Positions 39,870 through 50,157 of a stretch of 64,000 nucleotides of DNA are shown here, in pieces. Source of the DNA: a virus; IMG/VR virus record IMGVR_UViG_3300001533_002237, positions 1-64,000 of that record, one strand, 5' to 3'. Position numbers and translations under genes: made by a program. Below the pieces are notes generated by a model. That model saw only the letters and a list, made by a program, of their open reading frames with translations. It had not been told where the DNA came from and searched no databases. The first letter of the stretch is position 1. Each line of letters begins with the position of its first letter.

Positions 39870-39900
39870 TTGTATATTTGATATATTTACCATATTTTTG
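39870..39900 (+). promoter_or_regulatory. Bacteroidota primary-sigma-type promoter
   Basis: TTG 39870-39872, 20-nt spacer, TATTTTTG 39893-39900. Confidence 0.65.
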
Positions 39901-39938
39901 ATAAATATATTAAAATTATTTTATTTAAAGATAAAAAT

Positions 39939-41459
39939 ATGACAAAAAAACGAAGTAATAATATGCAAAAAAGAATTGATAAAGCCATTGAGATTATCAA
40001 TTATGGTATTGAAAATAAATTATCGGCAAGAGAAGCAAGTGTTAAGTGTGGATATTCCAATACATATGTTAAGAACATAAAAGCAATGGTTTATCAGAAA
40101 TTTAATGAAGGTGAATTAGAAATTAATCTTTATAATAAATTTGTTAATGCATATACTAAATATTCTCAGAATAAAACGTTTACAAATCAATATCAAAAAA
40201 CTGAAGAAAAAAAGGATAATTACTCACAACCAAATAAAGAAAAAAATATTAATTATTCTGAACCAAATAAACCCAAAGATTTACCAAAAGTTGGTGATCG
40301 TGAAAGTTTTAAAGAAAAAGGTAATGAAGCAGAATATGAGTGGGTTGGTGGTAACAGTTATCCAGATGACCATGTAAAAACATTAGACGAATTACTTGCA
40401 GCATGTAAGGTTAATTCTGATGTATGGAAAGTAAAGGATTTTTTAATTAATAAATGGGATGTTACGAGTTGGAAACGTCATTATCCTGAAACAATTCAAA
40501 ACTGGCAAGTTAAAGCACGTCTTGAACGTGATATTAAATTAGTTAAAGAAAAAATTGCTGGTGAAGTATTTCAAGAAATGACAAAAAATTATATTCCACC
40601 AACATTATATATGGATTGGGAAAGAAATAATATTGGCGGTGATGAAAAAAATTTACTTGAAATTTCAATATTTGATTTACATATTGGTAAATTGGCGTGG
40701 GGTGGTGAAACTTTTGAAAATTATGACGTTAAAATCGCACGTAAAAGATTTTTAACTTCAATACAAAAACTTCTTAAAGGTGCTAATGGTTTTAATTTTG
40801 ATAGAATATTATTTCCTGTTGGAAATGATTTTTTCAATAGTGATACTATGGAAAATACAACAACTAAAGGAATTCCACAAGATGAAGACCTTAGATGGCA
40901 AAAAACATTTGATGTCGGTGTACGATTACTAATTGATGCAATAAATTTATTAAAACAAACAGGTGTTCCTGTAGATGTGGTTGTTATACCGGGTAATCAT
41001 GATTTTGAACGTAGTTATTACATGGGTAAGTATTTAGAGGCTTGGTTTAATACTGATAGGTTGGTTTCAATTAATAACGGAGCATCACCAAGAAAATATT
41101 ATCGTTATGGGAATTTATTACTTGGACTTACACATGGAAGTGAAGAAAAAGAAGCATCATTACCATTAATAATGGCAACTGATATAGAATCTAAGCCAAT
41201 GTGGAGTGAAACAAAATTCCATGAATGGCATTTAGGACATATTCATAGAAAAAGGACTGTGCAATATGATATAAATAAATCAAGACTTTTAAATGAAGAC
41301 TTAGGTGTTACAATTAGGTACTTATCAAGTTTAACAGGTACTGAAGAATGGCATCACAAAAAAGGATTTATTGGTTCAACAAAAGCAGCAGATGGGTTTT
41401 TGTGGAACTATGAATTTGGTTTAGTCGCCACATTAAATAGTAATATTATTTTGGATTAG
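39939..41459 (+). CDS. Calcineurin-like metallophosphoesterase with N-terminal HTH
   Basis: DLHIG, GNDFF, PGNHD, THG, GHIH. Confidence 0.85.
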   Translation: MTKKRSNNMQKRIDKAIEIINYGIENKLSAREASVKCGYSNTYVKNIKAMVYQKFNEGELEINLYNKFVNAYTKYSQNKTFTNQYQKTEEKKDNYSQPNKEKNINYSEPNKPKDLPKVGDRESFKEKGNEAEYEWVGGNSYPDDHVKTLDELLAACKVNSDVWKVKDFLINKWDVTSWKRHYPETIQNWQVKARLERDIKLVKEKIAGEVFQEMTKNYIPPTLYMDWERNNIGGDEKNLLEISIFDLHIGKLAWGGETFENYDVKIARKRFLTSIQKLLKGANGFNFDRILFPVGNDFFNSDTMENTTTKGIPQDEDLRWQKTFDVGVRLLIDAINLLKQTGVPVDVVVIPGNHDFERSYYMGKYLEAWFNTDRLVSINNGASPRKYYRYGNLLLGLTHGSEEKEASLPLIMATDIESKPMWSETKFHEWHLGHIHRKRTVQYDINKSRLLNEDLGVTIRYLSSLTGTEEWHHKKGFIGSTKAADGFLWNYEFGLVATLNSNIILD

Positions 41460-41555
41460 ATGTGATTTTTAATACAAATAAATTAATTTATGGTTAGACT
41501 GTGGATGAAATTATAAATAATAATAGAAAAATAAAAAATTTAATATTAGAATAAT

Positions 41556-42071
41556 ATGGCAAAAAAAGACATTATTAATTTAGCGAAAGGTAAGAAACCC
41601 GCTACAAAAAGGAAACTTACTGCAAAAAATAAAACTACAGCAGAGAAAAAAGTTGAAACTACTTTAACTCCTGAACAAGAAAGAGATTTAAAAGCGAAGG
41701 CAAAAGTTCAAGAATTACTTGAAGATTCATCAATCAATAAACTTACAAAAAAAGATGATTTAATTGAAATAGCTGAAACACCTGAAGAATCTGATAAACC
41801 AAAAGGTATTGAATGGCTTGAAGAACAAGTAATATTATTAAGAGATAAAAATGAAAAACTTCAATTAGAATTAATTGAAGAAAAAGAGAAAAATAATGAT
41901 GATGTTGTAAAAAAGAGTGTTATTGAATTATTTAATGAATTACAAGAAAATCATATTAAATTAGGTGTAGATAGTCAAGGAATTGGTAATTTTAGAATTT
42001 ATTGTCCCGGATTTCTTAATCGCATGATAAAATTCTTTCCGTTTTTAAAAGAAATTAAAAGATATAATTAA
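41556..42071 (+). CDS. Hypothetical protein
   Basis: 171-aa ORF with basic N-terminus and coiled coil. Confidence 0.7.
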   Translation: MAKKDIINLAKGKKPATKRKLTAKNKTTAEKKVETTLTPEQERDLKAKAKVQELLEDSSINKLTKKDDLIEIAETPEESDKPKGIEWLEEQVILLRDKNEKLQLELIEEKEKNNDDVVKKSVIELFNELQENHIKLGVDSQGIGNFRIYCPGFLNRMIKFFPFLKEIKRYN

Positions 42072-42081
42072 TTTAAAATAA

Positions 42082-42402
42082 TATTGGACTAAAGAAAAAT
42101 GTAATATAGAAGCATTAAAATATAATTCAAGAAGCGAATTTTATTATAAAAATAATAAAATATATGCAGCAGCACAAAGATATGGATGGTTAGATGAGAT
42201 ATGCCAACATATGATACCGAAAATTCATTATTGGACTATCAATGAAATAAAAATAATTGCATTTAAATATAAATCAAGAAATGAATTTCAATTAAAAAAT
42301 AAGGCTGCATATGTTTGGGCAATAAGACATAATATTTTAGATGAAGTATGTTCACACATGCCCTCTATGTTAAGGAATAACCAATATAATAAATTTATAT
42401 GA
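42082..42402 (+). pseudogene. Remnant of a homing endonuclease: two YWT..(C)...A.KY.SR.EF repeats, no nuclease domain
   Basis: Same ~45-aa unit as in 50158; the frame opens after TAA 42079 without a start codon for the first repeat. Confidence 0.7.
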
Positions 42403-43484
42403 AAAATGTTATAGGTCAAGAATTTCATTCAATAATTGAAAATATTTTTAAAGATGTTAAGGGATTAAACGTATCGGAACAACTTCAAGTAAATTGTCCT
42501 CGTTGTCAAGAACGTGAGGGACTTTTATACCCAGATGGTAAATATAATCTTGAAATTAATACTAAACGCAAAATATTTTCATGTTGGAAATGTGATGAAC
42601 CTAAATTTAGTGGTTCATTAGGTAGACTTATTCGAACATTTGGTACTAGTATTGATTATGAACTATATAAATCATATGCTGGAATTTTTCATGATTATGA
42701 TTTTAATGAAGATGAAAAAGAATTTCTTCAAGTAAAATTACCTGAAGAAATGATTTATTTTTCACAAATGGACATTAATAATCCAGACCATTTTAAAGCC
42801 TATAATTATTTAGTTAATGAAAGAAAAATAAACCGAGATATTATTTTAAGATATCGACTTGGTTTTTGTACTACTGGAAAATATGCCAATAGAATAATAA
42901 TTCCATCATTTGATAAAAGTGGTGAAGTTAATTATTTTGTTGGTAGATATTATGGCGATGACCAAAAAACTAAGAAAAAATTACCTTATCTCAACCCTAA
43001 AGCCGATAAAAATACAATTATTTTTAATGAAGGTTTAATTAATTGGGATTCAACAGTTTATCTTGTTGAAGGTGTATTTGATATGCTTTCTTTTCCAGTA
43101 AATACAACACCTATGTTAGGGAAAACATTATCAACAATATTATTCATGAAATTGAAAGAATTAAAACCTAATGTTGTTATTTTATTAGACCCAGATGCTT
43201 ATAAAAATAGTGTTGAGTTATATTATATGTTAGAAACTATTTACATAGGATGTGAAGAAAGGGTTAAGTTAGTTAAACTTCCAACTAATGAAGATTTAGA
43301 TGAACTTAGAAAAAATCAAGGGATTGATGTTGTTATTAAGATTCTATATGGTGCAAGAGATTTAATTATAGATGATTACTTTATTCAAAAATTACAAAAA
43401 CCATATGAAAAAGGTGCAGGAAGATACGGAAATTATTCAAAATATTTTGAAGGGAAATCCAAAAGCACAAGAAATATTATATAA
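42399..43484 (+). CDS. DnaG-type DNA primase
   Basis: Zinc finger CPRC...CWKC, RIIIP, YFVGR, YLNP, TOPRIM LVEGVFD...LDPD. Confidence 0.88.
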   Translation: MKNVIGQEFHSIIENIFKDVKGLNVSEQLQVNCPRCQEREGLLYPDGKYNLEINTKRKIFSCWKCDEPKFSGSLGRLIRTFGTSIDYELYKSYAGIFHDYDFNEDEKEFLQVKLPEEMIYFSQMDINNPDHFKAYNYLVNERKINRDIILRYRLGFCTTGKYANRIIIPSFDKSGEVNYFVGRYYGDDQKTKKKLPYLNPKADKNTIIFNEGLINWDSTVYLVEGVFDMLSFPVNTTPMLGKTLSTILFMKLKELKPNVVILLDPDAYKNSVELYYMLETIYIGCEERVKLVKLPTNEDLDELRKNQGIDVVIKILYGARDLIIDDYFIQKLQKPYEKGAGRYGNYSKYFEGKSKSTRNII

Positions 43485-44031
43485 TAAATATAAAATTATT
43501 GTTAAAAACTTTATAAAAAGTAAATATTCTAATATTAATGATATTGATGATGATGTTTCAGAAATCATGATTAAAGTAATTATGAATTTAGAGTCATTTG
43601 ATGTTAATAAATCAAAATTTAAATCATGGGTTTTTAGTATAGCTAAAAATTATATGATTGATAAATGGAGAAATAATTCAATTACTTTAACTGGTAATAA
43701 TACTAATTGTGTAATTTCATATACTACTGGTGATTCGTATTATGATAATATTTCAACAAGTTACATAAATGCAACTAGTGATATGTTTACTAATTCAACA
43801 TCAATAAATAATACTGCTGATTATGATTTTGAAAATTGTAGTTCAATAAGTTATATTACTAATCAATTAACACCACAAGACTATACATTACTTAATATGA
43901 AATATATTCAAGGTTATAATTATAATGAAATTGGTTGTGAATTTAATCTTACAAGTTCTACTATTAGCAATAGAATAAATTATATTAAAACTAAATTAAA
44001 AAAAGATAATCCTGAAATAATATATGAATAA
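43405..44031 (+). CDS. ECF-type sigma-70 factor
   Basis: Region 2 DDVSEIMIKV...FD..KSKFKSWVFSIAKNYMIDKWR; region 4 GYNYNEIG...SSTISNRI; probable ATG at 43405. Confidence 0.85.
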   Translation: MKKVQEDTEIIQNILKGNPKAQEILYNKYKIIVKNFIKSKYSNINDIDDDVSEIMIKVIMNLESFDVNKSKFKSWVFSIAKNYMIDKWRNNSITLTGNNTNCVISYTTGDSYYDNISTSYINATSDMFTNSTSINNTADYDFENCSSISYITNQLTPQDYTLLNMKYIQGYNYNEIGCEFNLTSSTISNRINYIKTKLKKDNPEIIYE

Positions 44032-44059
44032 AAAAGGTGTCGATATAGACACCTTTTTT
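44030..44059. terminator. Bidirectional terminator between the sigma and hsp20 genes
   Basis: aaaaaaggtgtc-gatata-gacacctttttt. Confidence 0.85.
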
Positions 44060-44076
44060 GTTAAGAAAAATAAAAA

Positions 44077-44496
44077 TTAGTTAATTTTAATTGTCTTACT
44101 TAACTTCGTTTTTTCATTTTTTGGAATTTTTATTGAAAGAATTCCATCGCTGAACGAAGCATCTATTTTATCAGCGATTACGTTCTGTGGTAACGTAAAT
44201 GATTTCTTAAAATGACCATAAAAACTACCTTTACGATTGTATTTTATTTCTTCATCAGCAGTACGTTCACCTTCGATTGTTAATATATTATTATCAACAT
44301 CTAATTTAATGTTTTCTTTTTTAAATCCAGCTAAAGCATAATCAACAATATACTCATTATCTTTTTCAACAATATCATAGTCAGGAATAATTGTGTTAAC
44401 AGGAATATCAAGATTAAACATACTATCATCGAAGAAACTGTCAAAAAGATTTAATATTCCATTTTGAGGTTTTGAGTATTTCATTAATGTTGTCAT
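44077..44496 (-). CDS. Small heat-shock protein (Hsp20/alpha-crystallin)
   Basis: DIVE....Y.V...LAGFKKENI...LTIEGER...F.KSFTLP......I.ASF.DGILSIKIPK. Confidence 0.92.
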   Translation of the reverse strand: MTTLMKYSKPQNGILNLFDSFFDDSMFNLDIPVNTIIPDYDIVEKDNEYIVDYALAGFKKENIKLDVDNNILTIEGERTADEEIKYNRKGSFYGHFKKSFTLPQNVIADKIDASFSDGILSIKIPKNEKTKLSKTIKIN

Positions 44497-44565
44497 AATT
44501 TAAATTTTTTTAATTAATATTATTATTATTTTCTAAAAACCTTACCAATAATATGCCAAAAGAAA

Positions 44566-44604
44566 TTTTTATGACATATTTTCATTTTGTCAATGTCATA
44601 AAAA
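44566..44604. promoter_or_regulatory. 12-bp perfect inverted repeat (putative operator) in the divergent hsp20 intergenic region
   Basis: tttttatgacat-N15-atgtcataaaaa, with additional TGTCA/TGACA pentamers nearby. Confidence 0.6.
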
Positions 44605-44632
44605 AAATGTGACAGTATTTATCTTAAAAACT

Positions 44633-45373
44633 ATGAAAAAAATATCTATTACGTTATCAAATAAATTATATAATAAAATTAATGAAATTAGACATGATTT
44701 ATCTAAAATAGAAAATTATAATATTAGTTTTGATGAAATTATTGAAGAAAGTATAATGAATCATTTCAATATAAAATTAATTGATATAAATGATGATGTT
44801 GAAATTATTGATAATAAATTAGTTAATGCAATCAATCAATCAAATAATCATAACAATTATTATATCTATGTTTATTTTAATGAAAGAAAAAAATGTAATA
44901 TTAAAGTAGGTGATTATATTTTTACTTCTGAACCAATATATATTGGAAAAGGGTTAAATAATAGGATGTTTGAATTAAGTAATCGAGATAATAATCTAAT
45001 TGATTTTATTGATGAATTAAAAAGTACAAATGAATTTTCATCAGTTAAATTAATTAATGATTTAACTAAAGAAAATGCATTTTATTATGAACAAATGTTT
45101 ATTAGTTCAATTGGTAGATTAAATAATGGTACAGGAACATTATATAATAAAAATGGTGGAAATTTAAATATTTTAAAAAAAGAAATTGATTCAAACAATT
45201 ATGAATTAAATATTGAGTATAATTTAGGAAAAATGATATTAGATTCTTTAAATAAAACAAAAAATATGTCAAAAACAGCAAAAGAACTGAATATTAATCT
45301 TAGAACACTTTATAGAAAATTAGATAAATATTCAATAAAAAAATATGGTGATAATTGGGTTATTTTAAAATAG
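44633..45373 (+). CDS. Fusion of RHH-like, GIY-YIG and Fis-type HTH domains
   Basis: MKKISITLSNKLY; YYIYVY...IYIGKG...R...E..FI..IGR...G.L.N; NMSKTAKELNINLRTLYRKLDKY; ATG 44633 follows the late motif at 44615. Confidence 0.7.
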   Translation: MKKISITLSNKLYNKINEIRHDLSKIENYNISFDEIIEESIMNHFNIKLIDINDDVEIIDNKLVNAINQSNNHNNYYIYVYFNERKKCNIKVGDYIFTSEPIYIGKGLNNRMFELSNRDNNLIDFIDELKSTNEFSSVKLINDLTKENAFYYEQMFISSIGRLNNGTGTLYNKNGGNLNILKKEIDSNNYELNIEYNLGKMILDSLNKTKNMSKTAKELNINLRTLYRKLDKYSIKKYGDNWVILK

Positions 45374-45405
45374 TTTGTATATTATCGTTCTTTTAGATAT
45401 ATTTG
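45374..45405 (+). promoter_or_regulatory. Bacteroidota primary-sigma-type promoter
   Basis: TTTG 45374-45377, 20-nt spacer, TATATTTG 45398-45405. Confidence 0.75.
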
Positions 45406-45421
45406 TAAAAAAAATAAAATA

Positions 45422-48400
45422 ATGAATATAAGAACAATATGTCATATGGCTGACATTCACATTCGTAAAACACCTACAAGAAATGATGAATATCAGGAAG
45501 TTTTTGATAGAACTATTGATTCAATTAGTAATAATAAACCAGACAGAATTGTAATTGTTGGTGACCTCGTTCACGACTACCTTGACCTTCAGGGTGAACA
45601 ATTAATAATGGCAAATGACTTTCTAAAGAAATTAGCTAAGATTGCTCCTGTTAGAATAACAAGGGGAAATCATGATTGTAGAAAGAAAAATTTAAAGCGT
45701 GTTGATAGCATTAAAGCAATAGTTAAAACTCTTGGTGATTATGATGTAATTTATTATGAAAAAACAGGGTTTTATACTGATGATAATATTATTTGGGTTA
45801 TCTGGCATCATGGTGAATCAAAAAATAATCCTTGGAAAACTAAAGAAGGTAAAAAGATTAATGCATATAAAACCGAAAGTGGCTTAACTACAGTTGATTT
45901 ATTTCATGACCCAATAACAGGTTGTATTTCTACAACAGATTTTGAAATGAAAAGTAAGTCTTATTATAAGATTAGTGATTTCAAAGGTGATATTTCGATG
46001 TTTGGTGATATTCATAGAATGCAATTTTTAGATAAGAAAAAAACTAAGGCATATTGTGGTTCATTAATAGCACAAAATATTAGTGAAGGTGATGATGCTT
46101 TTCATGGTTATTTATTATGGGATATTGAAAAACTAGAAGCAATACAAGTTCCGATTCATAATGACTATTCATATCATAATATTAAGATAACACCATATAC
46201 TGATTTTGAAGATTTAGATTTTGAAATTGATAACTCAACTAAATTTATGAGAATTAGATTTGTTTGGGCAACACTACCGCAAACAAGAACAAAGGAAAAT
46301 GAAAGAAAGGTTATTGAATATATTAAATCTAAATATAAAAATATAACTATTTCACATAAAAATGAATTTATTGAAAACGATAATGTTGATATTAATGAAA
46401 CGATTACATTAGAAAATGTAACTGATAAGGCTGTTCAACAAGAAATATTTAAAGAGTATTTGGAGAAGATTGGAACTGACGAACAACTAATTAAAGATAT
46501 CCTTGCTCTTGATGAAGAAATTCTTAAAGAAATTGATGTTTTTGATGAACAAAGTATTGAGTGGGACATTATAAAATTTGGTGGTAATAATTTTATGTCT
46601 TATGAAAAACTAGATATTGACTGGCGAGAATTAGATGGTTTATTTCAGATTACTGGTGAAAATACTGCTGGTAAGACTACTATAATGAAAATAATTACTT
46701 ATATATTATTTGGTAAAACACTTGAAACTGAAAATAGAGTTAAGTTCGGTGATAAACGTTTTGTAAATAATAGAAATAATGCCAGTTTTACTGATGCATA
46801 TTTGGTGCTTGAAGCCAATGGTGAATATTTTGGTATAAAAAAGAAAACTGAAATCAATAAAAATAAAAGTGGTGATATTATTGGTACACCAACAAGTCTT
46901 AGTTATTATATACTTGCAAGTCCTGATGATGAAATGAACGATGATTCTGCATTAGAAAAACTTGATGAAGACCATAGAATAAAAACTCAAAAGAAAATTA
47001 ATTCGATTATTGGTACGTATGATAATTTCATGCGAATTGTAATGACGACTTCCGATACACTTAATAAAATATTATCCAATGATATGGCAGATTTTATTGA
47101 TTCGTTATTATATGATAGTGGTCTCGATATTTTTGATAAAAAACTTGAAGGTCTTAAAACTTATCAAAAAAGAATTAATGAAAAACCAAAAATAGTATGT
47201 AATGTTGAAACAACAACAAATCAAAATACAATATTAAATCAAGAAATCAAAGTACTTCAAAATGAAATTATTGAAATTGAAGAAAACCGACTTCCTGATA
47301 TTAAAAAAAGAATTAGTACTGGTCGTGATTATATTGAAACACTAACAAAAAAATTATATCAAATAGACCCTGAAATATACAATTTAGACGTAGATATTGC
47401 ACGAGAAGATATAAGTGACAATCAAAAGAATATCGTTGAAATAAAGGCACGTAAAATGGTTTTACATCAAAGTATTAATAATTTAAAAGAAACTTATGAT
47501 GAAAATAGATTGAATGAGTTAATTGAAAAACGTGATAATCATAAACAACTAGTATATGATAAAAAATTAGAAATTAAATCACTAGAACGTCAAAAATCTG
47601 AATATGAACATAAAATTGAAGTAATTAATGGAAGTATTTTTATATTAAAAAAAGATGGTGGAAAATTAAAAGATGAAATAGTTGTTTTAAAAAACAGCAA
47701 AGTTTGTAGTCAGTGTGGACAAGTTATTGATAAAAAAGAACATCAAGACCATATAATTAAAATGGTTGGGTTAAAAGAAACTGAAATGTTTAATATCGTA
47801 AAAGAAATTAAAGAACATGAAAACGATATAAATGTTAATTGGAAGCCATTAATTAATAAATGTAACAAAGACATTACCAAAATTGATGAAGAAATTATTC
47901 AATTAGGACTTGATATGGAAGACATTTTAACTGAGATAGGTACTCTAACTAATGACCAAAATGATGTTAATAAATGCAAACAATTTCAATCTGAATTGGA
48001 TTTAATACCGACACGTATTCAAAATGAAGAACTAAAAATTAATATTTTAAAACAAAAGATTAATCAACATGAAAATAGTTTAAAACAAATTGAAGAAAAT
48101 AAGCGAATTGAAAAAGGAATTGTTGCAGCTAAAGAAAGAGTTGAAAGTCTTGTAATTGATGAAAATGATTATAAAGAAGATATTTTCATAAAAAAAACAA
48201 GTATTGGTGAAAAACAAATAAAAATAAAGGATAATGAAAAATTAGTTTCTGAATATAAAGTACAAGAATATCAAAATAATGTTATGAGTCTTTATAAAAA
48301 ATGTGTTCATCGTGATGGAATTCCGAGACAAATGTTAACAAATTATATTATACCAAAAATTAATGTTACATTAGAAAATATTTTAAGTGTTGCACAATTT

Positions 48401-48754
48401 AAAGTATGGCTTGATGTTGATGACCTTAGACCTAAATTAATATATAATGACAGACCAAATTCGATTATTGATTGTATTAGTGCAAGTGGTAAAGAAAGAA
48501 CATTTTCAAGTGTTGTTTTAAAATTTGCTTTAAATAAAGTTAATGTAAAAGCAAAACCGAATATTTTTTTATTAGATGAAGTAATGGGTAAATTAGATGA
48601 AAATAGTGTTGAAGAATTTATTGAAATATTATTATTAATTAAACAAAAAATGAAAAAAGTATTAGTAATTGAACACAGAACTAATATCGAACCAGATTAC
48701 TTAATTGATGTTAATGTTAATAATGAAGGAATATCAAGTTTAAGTATTGAATAA
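45422..48754 (+). CDS. Single-chain SbcD-SbcC (Mre11-Rad50, T4 gp47-gp46-like) nuclease/ATPase
   Basis: DIH, GDL, GNHD, GDIH; GENTAGKTT, zinc hook CSQC, ASGKE, LLDE, IEH. Confidence 0.9.
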   Translation: MNIRTICHMADIHIRKTPTRNDEYQEVFDRTIDSISNNKPDRIVIVGDLVHDYLDLQGEQLIMANDFLKKLAKIAPVRITRGNHDCRKKNLKRVDSIKAIVKTLGDYDVIYYEKTGFYTDDNIIWVIWHHGESKNNPWKTKEGKKINAYKTESGLTTVDLFHDPITGCISTTDFEMKSKSYYKISDFKGDISMFGDIHRMQFLDKKKTKAYCGSLIAQNISEGDDAFHGYLLWDIEKLEAIQVPIHNDYSYHNIKITPYTDFEDLDFEIDNSTKFMRIRFVWATLPQTRTKENERKVIEYIKSKYKNITISHKNEFIENDNVDINETITLENVTDKAVQQEIFKEYLEKIGTDEQLIKDILALDEEILKEIDVFDEQSIEWDIIKFGGNNFMSYEKLDIDWRELDGLFQITGENTAGKTTIMKIITYILFGKTLETENRVKFGDKRFVNNRNNASFTDAYLVLEANGEYFGIKKKTEINKNKSGDIIGTPTSLSYYILASPDDEMNDDSALEKLDEDHRIKTQKKINSIIGTYDNFMRIVMTTSDTLNKILSNDMADFIDSLLYDSGLDIFDKKLEGLKTYQKRINEKPKIVCNVETTTNQNTILNQEIKVLQNEIIEIEENRLPDIKKRISTGRDYIETLTKKLYQIDPEIYNLDVDIAREDISDNQKNIVEIKARKMVLHQSINNLKETYDENRLNELIEKRDNHKQLVYDKKLEIKSLERQKSEYEHKIEVINGSIFILKKDGGKLKDEIVVLKNSKVCSQCGQVIDKKEHQDHIIKMVGLKETEMFNIVKEIKEHENDINVNWKPLINKCNKDITKIDEEIIQLGLDMEDILTEIGTLTNDQNDVNKCKQFQSELDLIPTRIQNEELKINILKQKINQHENSLKQIEENKRIEKGIVAAKERVESLVIDENDYKEDIFIKKTSIGEKQIKIKDNEKLVSEYKVQEYQNNVMSLYKKCVHRDGIPRQMLTNYIIPKINVTLENILSVAQFKVWLDVDDLRPKLIYNDRPNSIIDCISASGKERTFSSVVLKFALNKVNVKAKPNIFLLDEVMGKLDENSVEEFIEILLLIKQKMKKVLVIEHRTNIEPDYLIDVNVNNEGISSLSIE

Positions 48755-48789
48755 AACATAATTATTACTATTTATTGTAAACGAAAAAA

Positions 48790-49941
48790 ATGGATTTAAA
48801 GAAATATGATAAATTAAGAAAAAAGATAGACACTAAAGATTTTGAAGGTGCTAATAAAGAATTGGATAAATGGTTATTTAATTTTTCATTTGTTGGAAAT
48901 GTAAGTTCAATATTTTTTGCATATTTTTTAGTTTTTCCTTCACTATTAAAAGCAATTTCTGCAAATTTTATTACTGGTGATTGGGGAATGATTATTGCTT
49001 TTATATTAACATTAGTTTTCTTATCAATTTTTGAAATAATAAAAAGGTATTTTGTTCGAAATTTCAGTAATGACTTTGTAAAAAATCAAAGAAAACTTGG
49101 ATTTAAAATGTTAGGTTGGTTAATTATATCAATGGTAACGATTATCTTGAGTTTTTATTTATCAATAAATGGTTCTAAAAATTTAGCAATAACAAATTTA
49201 TCAAAATATAATGTAGCTAAAACCGAGATATCATCATTAAAAGATAGTCTTAATTTAATATATGATGAAAAAATATCAGTATATGTTAATGATAACAAAT
49301 CATTAAGGGCAATTAATATTGAATTACGTGAAAAATTAAAAGAAACACCTTTAAATTATATTACAGCAAGAAAAGAATATCAAAATAGTATTGATAAAAA
49401 CACTAATTTAATTAAAGATAATAATAATGAAATAAAATTAATTAAAATAGAACTTCAATCAAAGATTGAAGAATTACAAACAGAATTATCTACAACTAAA
49501 TCTAGTAATGAAGATGCTGATACGAAAAATAAAATATTATTCATAATAATTGTTTGTTTTAATGAATTGATTATAATTGGTGGTCTTTATTTTCGAGAAT
49601 ATTTTGAATATAATTTATATGTTATTAATCAAGATAAATTTGAAAATATTTATAAGAAAAAAGATAGATATCGTGCATTAATTACATTCATTTATCGTGA
49701 TGGTAAATTGAATATTGGTGATAGAGTAATGAGTGGATTAGAATTAAAGGCTGCTGTTGCTGAAAAAGCAAAAATTAATAATTCAAATAAATTTGTTGAT
49801 GAATTTTTACGTGATATGGATAGATTAAATATTTTTACTACCGTTGGTAAAAGAAGAAATATTGCAACAAGTTTTATTGAAGCATTAGATATCATTGAGA
49901 ATTTTGATGATACTTATAGAATACTTGAAAATATGAAATAA
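48790..49941 (+). CDS. Membrane protein with coiled coil
   Basis: Three N-terminal hydrophobic helices, a coiled coil, a fourth TM helix and a soluble C-terminal domain. Confidence 0.7.
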   Translation: MDLKKYDKLRKKIDTKDFEGANKELDKWLFNFSFVGNVSSIFFAYFLVFPSLLKAISANFITGDWGMIIAFILTLVFLSIFEIIKRYFVRNFSNDFVKNQRKLGFKMLGWLIISMVTIILSFYLSINGSKNLAITNLSKYNVAKTEISSLKDSLNLIYDEKISVYVNDNKSLRAINIELREKLKETPLNYITARKEYQNSIDKNTNLIKDNNNEIKLIKIELQSKIEELQTELSTTKSSNEDADTKNKILFIIIVCFNELIIIGGLYFREYFEYNLYVINQDKFENIYKKKDRYRALITFIYRDGKLNIGDRVMSGLELKAAVAEKAKINNSNKFVDEFLRDMDRLNIFTTVGKRRNIATSFIEALDIIENFDDTYRILENMK

Positions 49942-49944
49942 ATT

Positions 49945-50115
49945 ATGGGTGAAGAAAGAGATAAAGCAAGACTAATTAAAGACGCATTAAAAATTGTTGA
50001 TAAGTTAACTAAATTTGATGTTGATGATTTGAGTGGTTATGATAAAGATATTTTAGAAGAATTAGTCGATAAAGCAAAAAAATTAAAGAAAAATAGATTA
50101 TTTGTATTGAAATAG
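49945..50115 (+). CDS. Small hypothetical protein (56 aa, below the ORF-track cutoff)
   Basis: MGEERDKARLIKDALKIVDKL...NRLFVLK fills the gap between genes. Confidence 0.6.
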   Translation: MGEERDKARLIKDALKIVDKLTKFDVDDLSGYDKDILEELVDKAKKLKKNRLFVLK

Positions 50116-50157
50116 CAACTAATTTAATAATTATAGTATTTATATTAAATAGATATT

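Noticed and set aside
44609-44632. ORF-track GTG start for the RHH-GIY-YIG-HTH gene
   Set aside because: It overlaps the late motif at 44615; ATG 44633 fits the promoter spacing and the domain start
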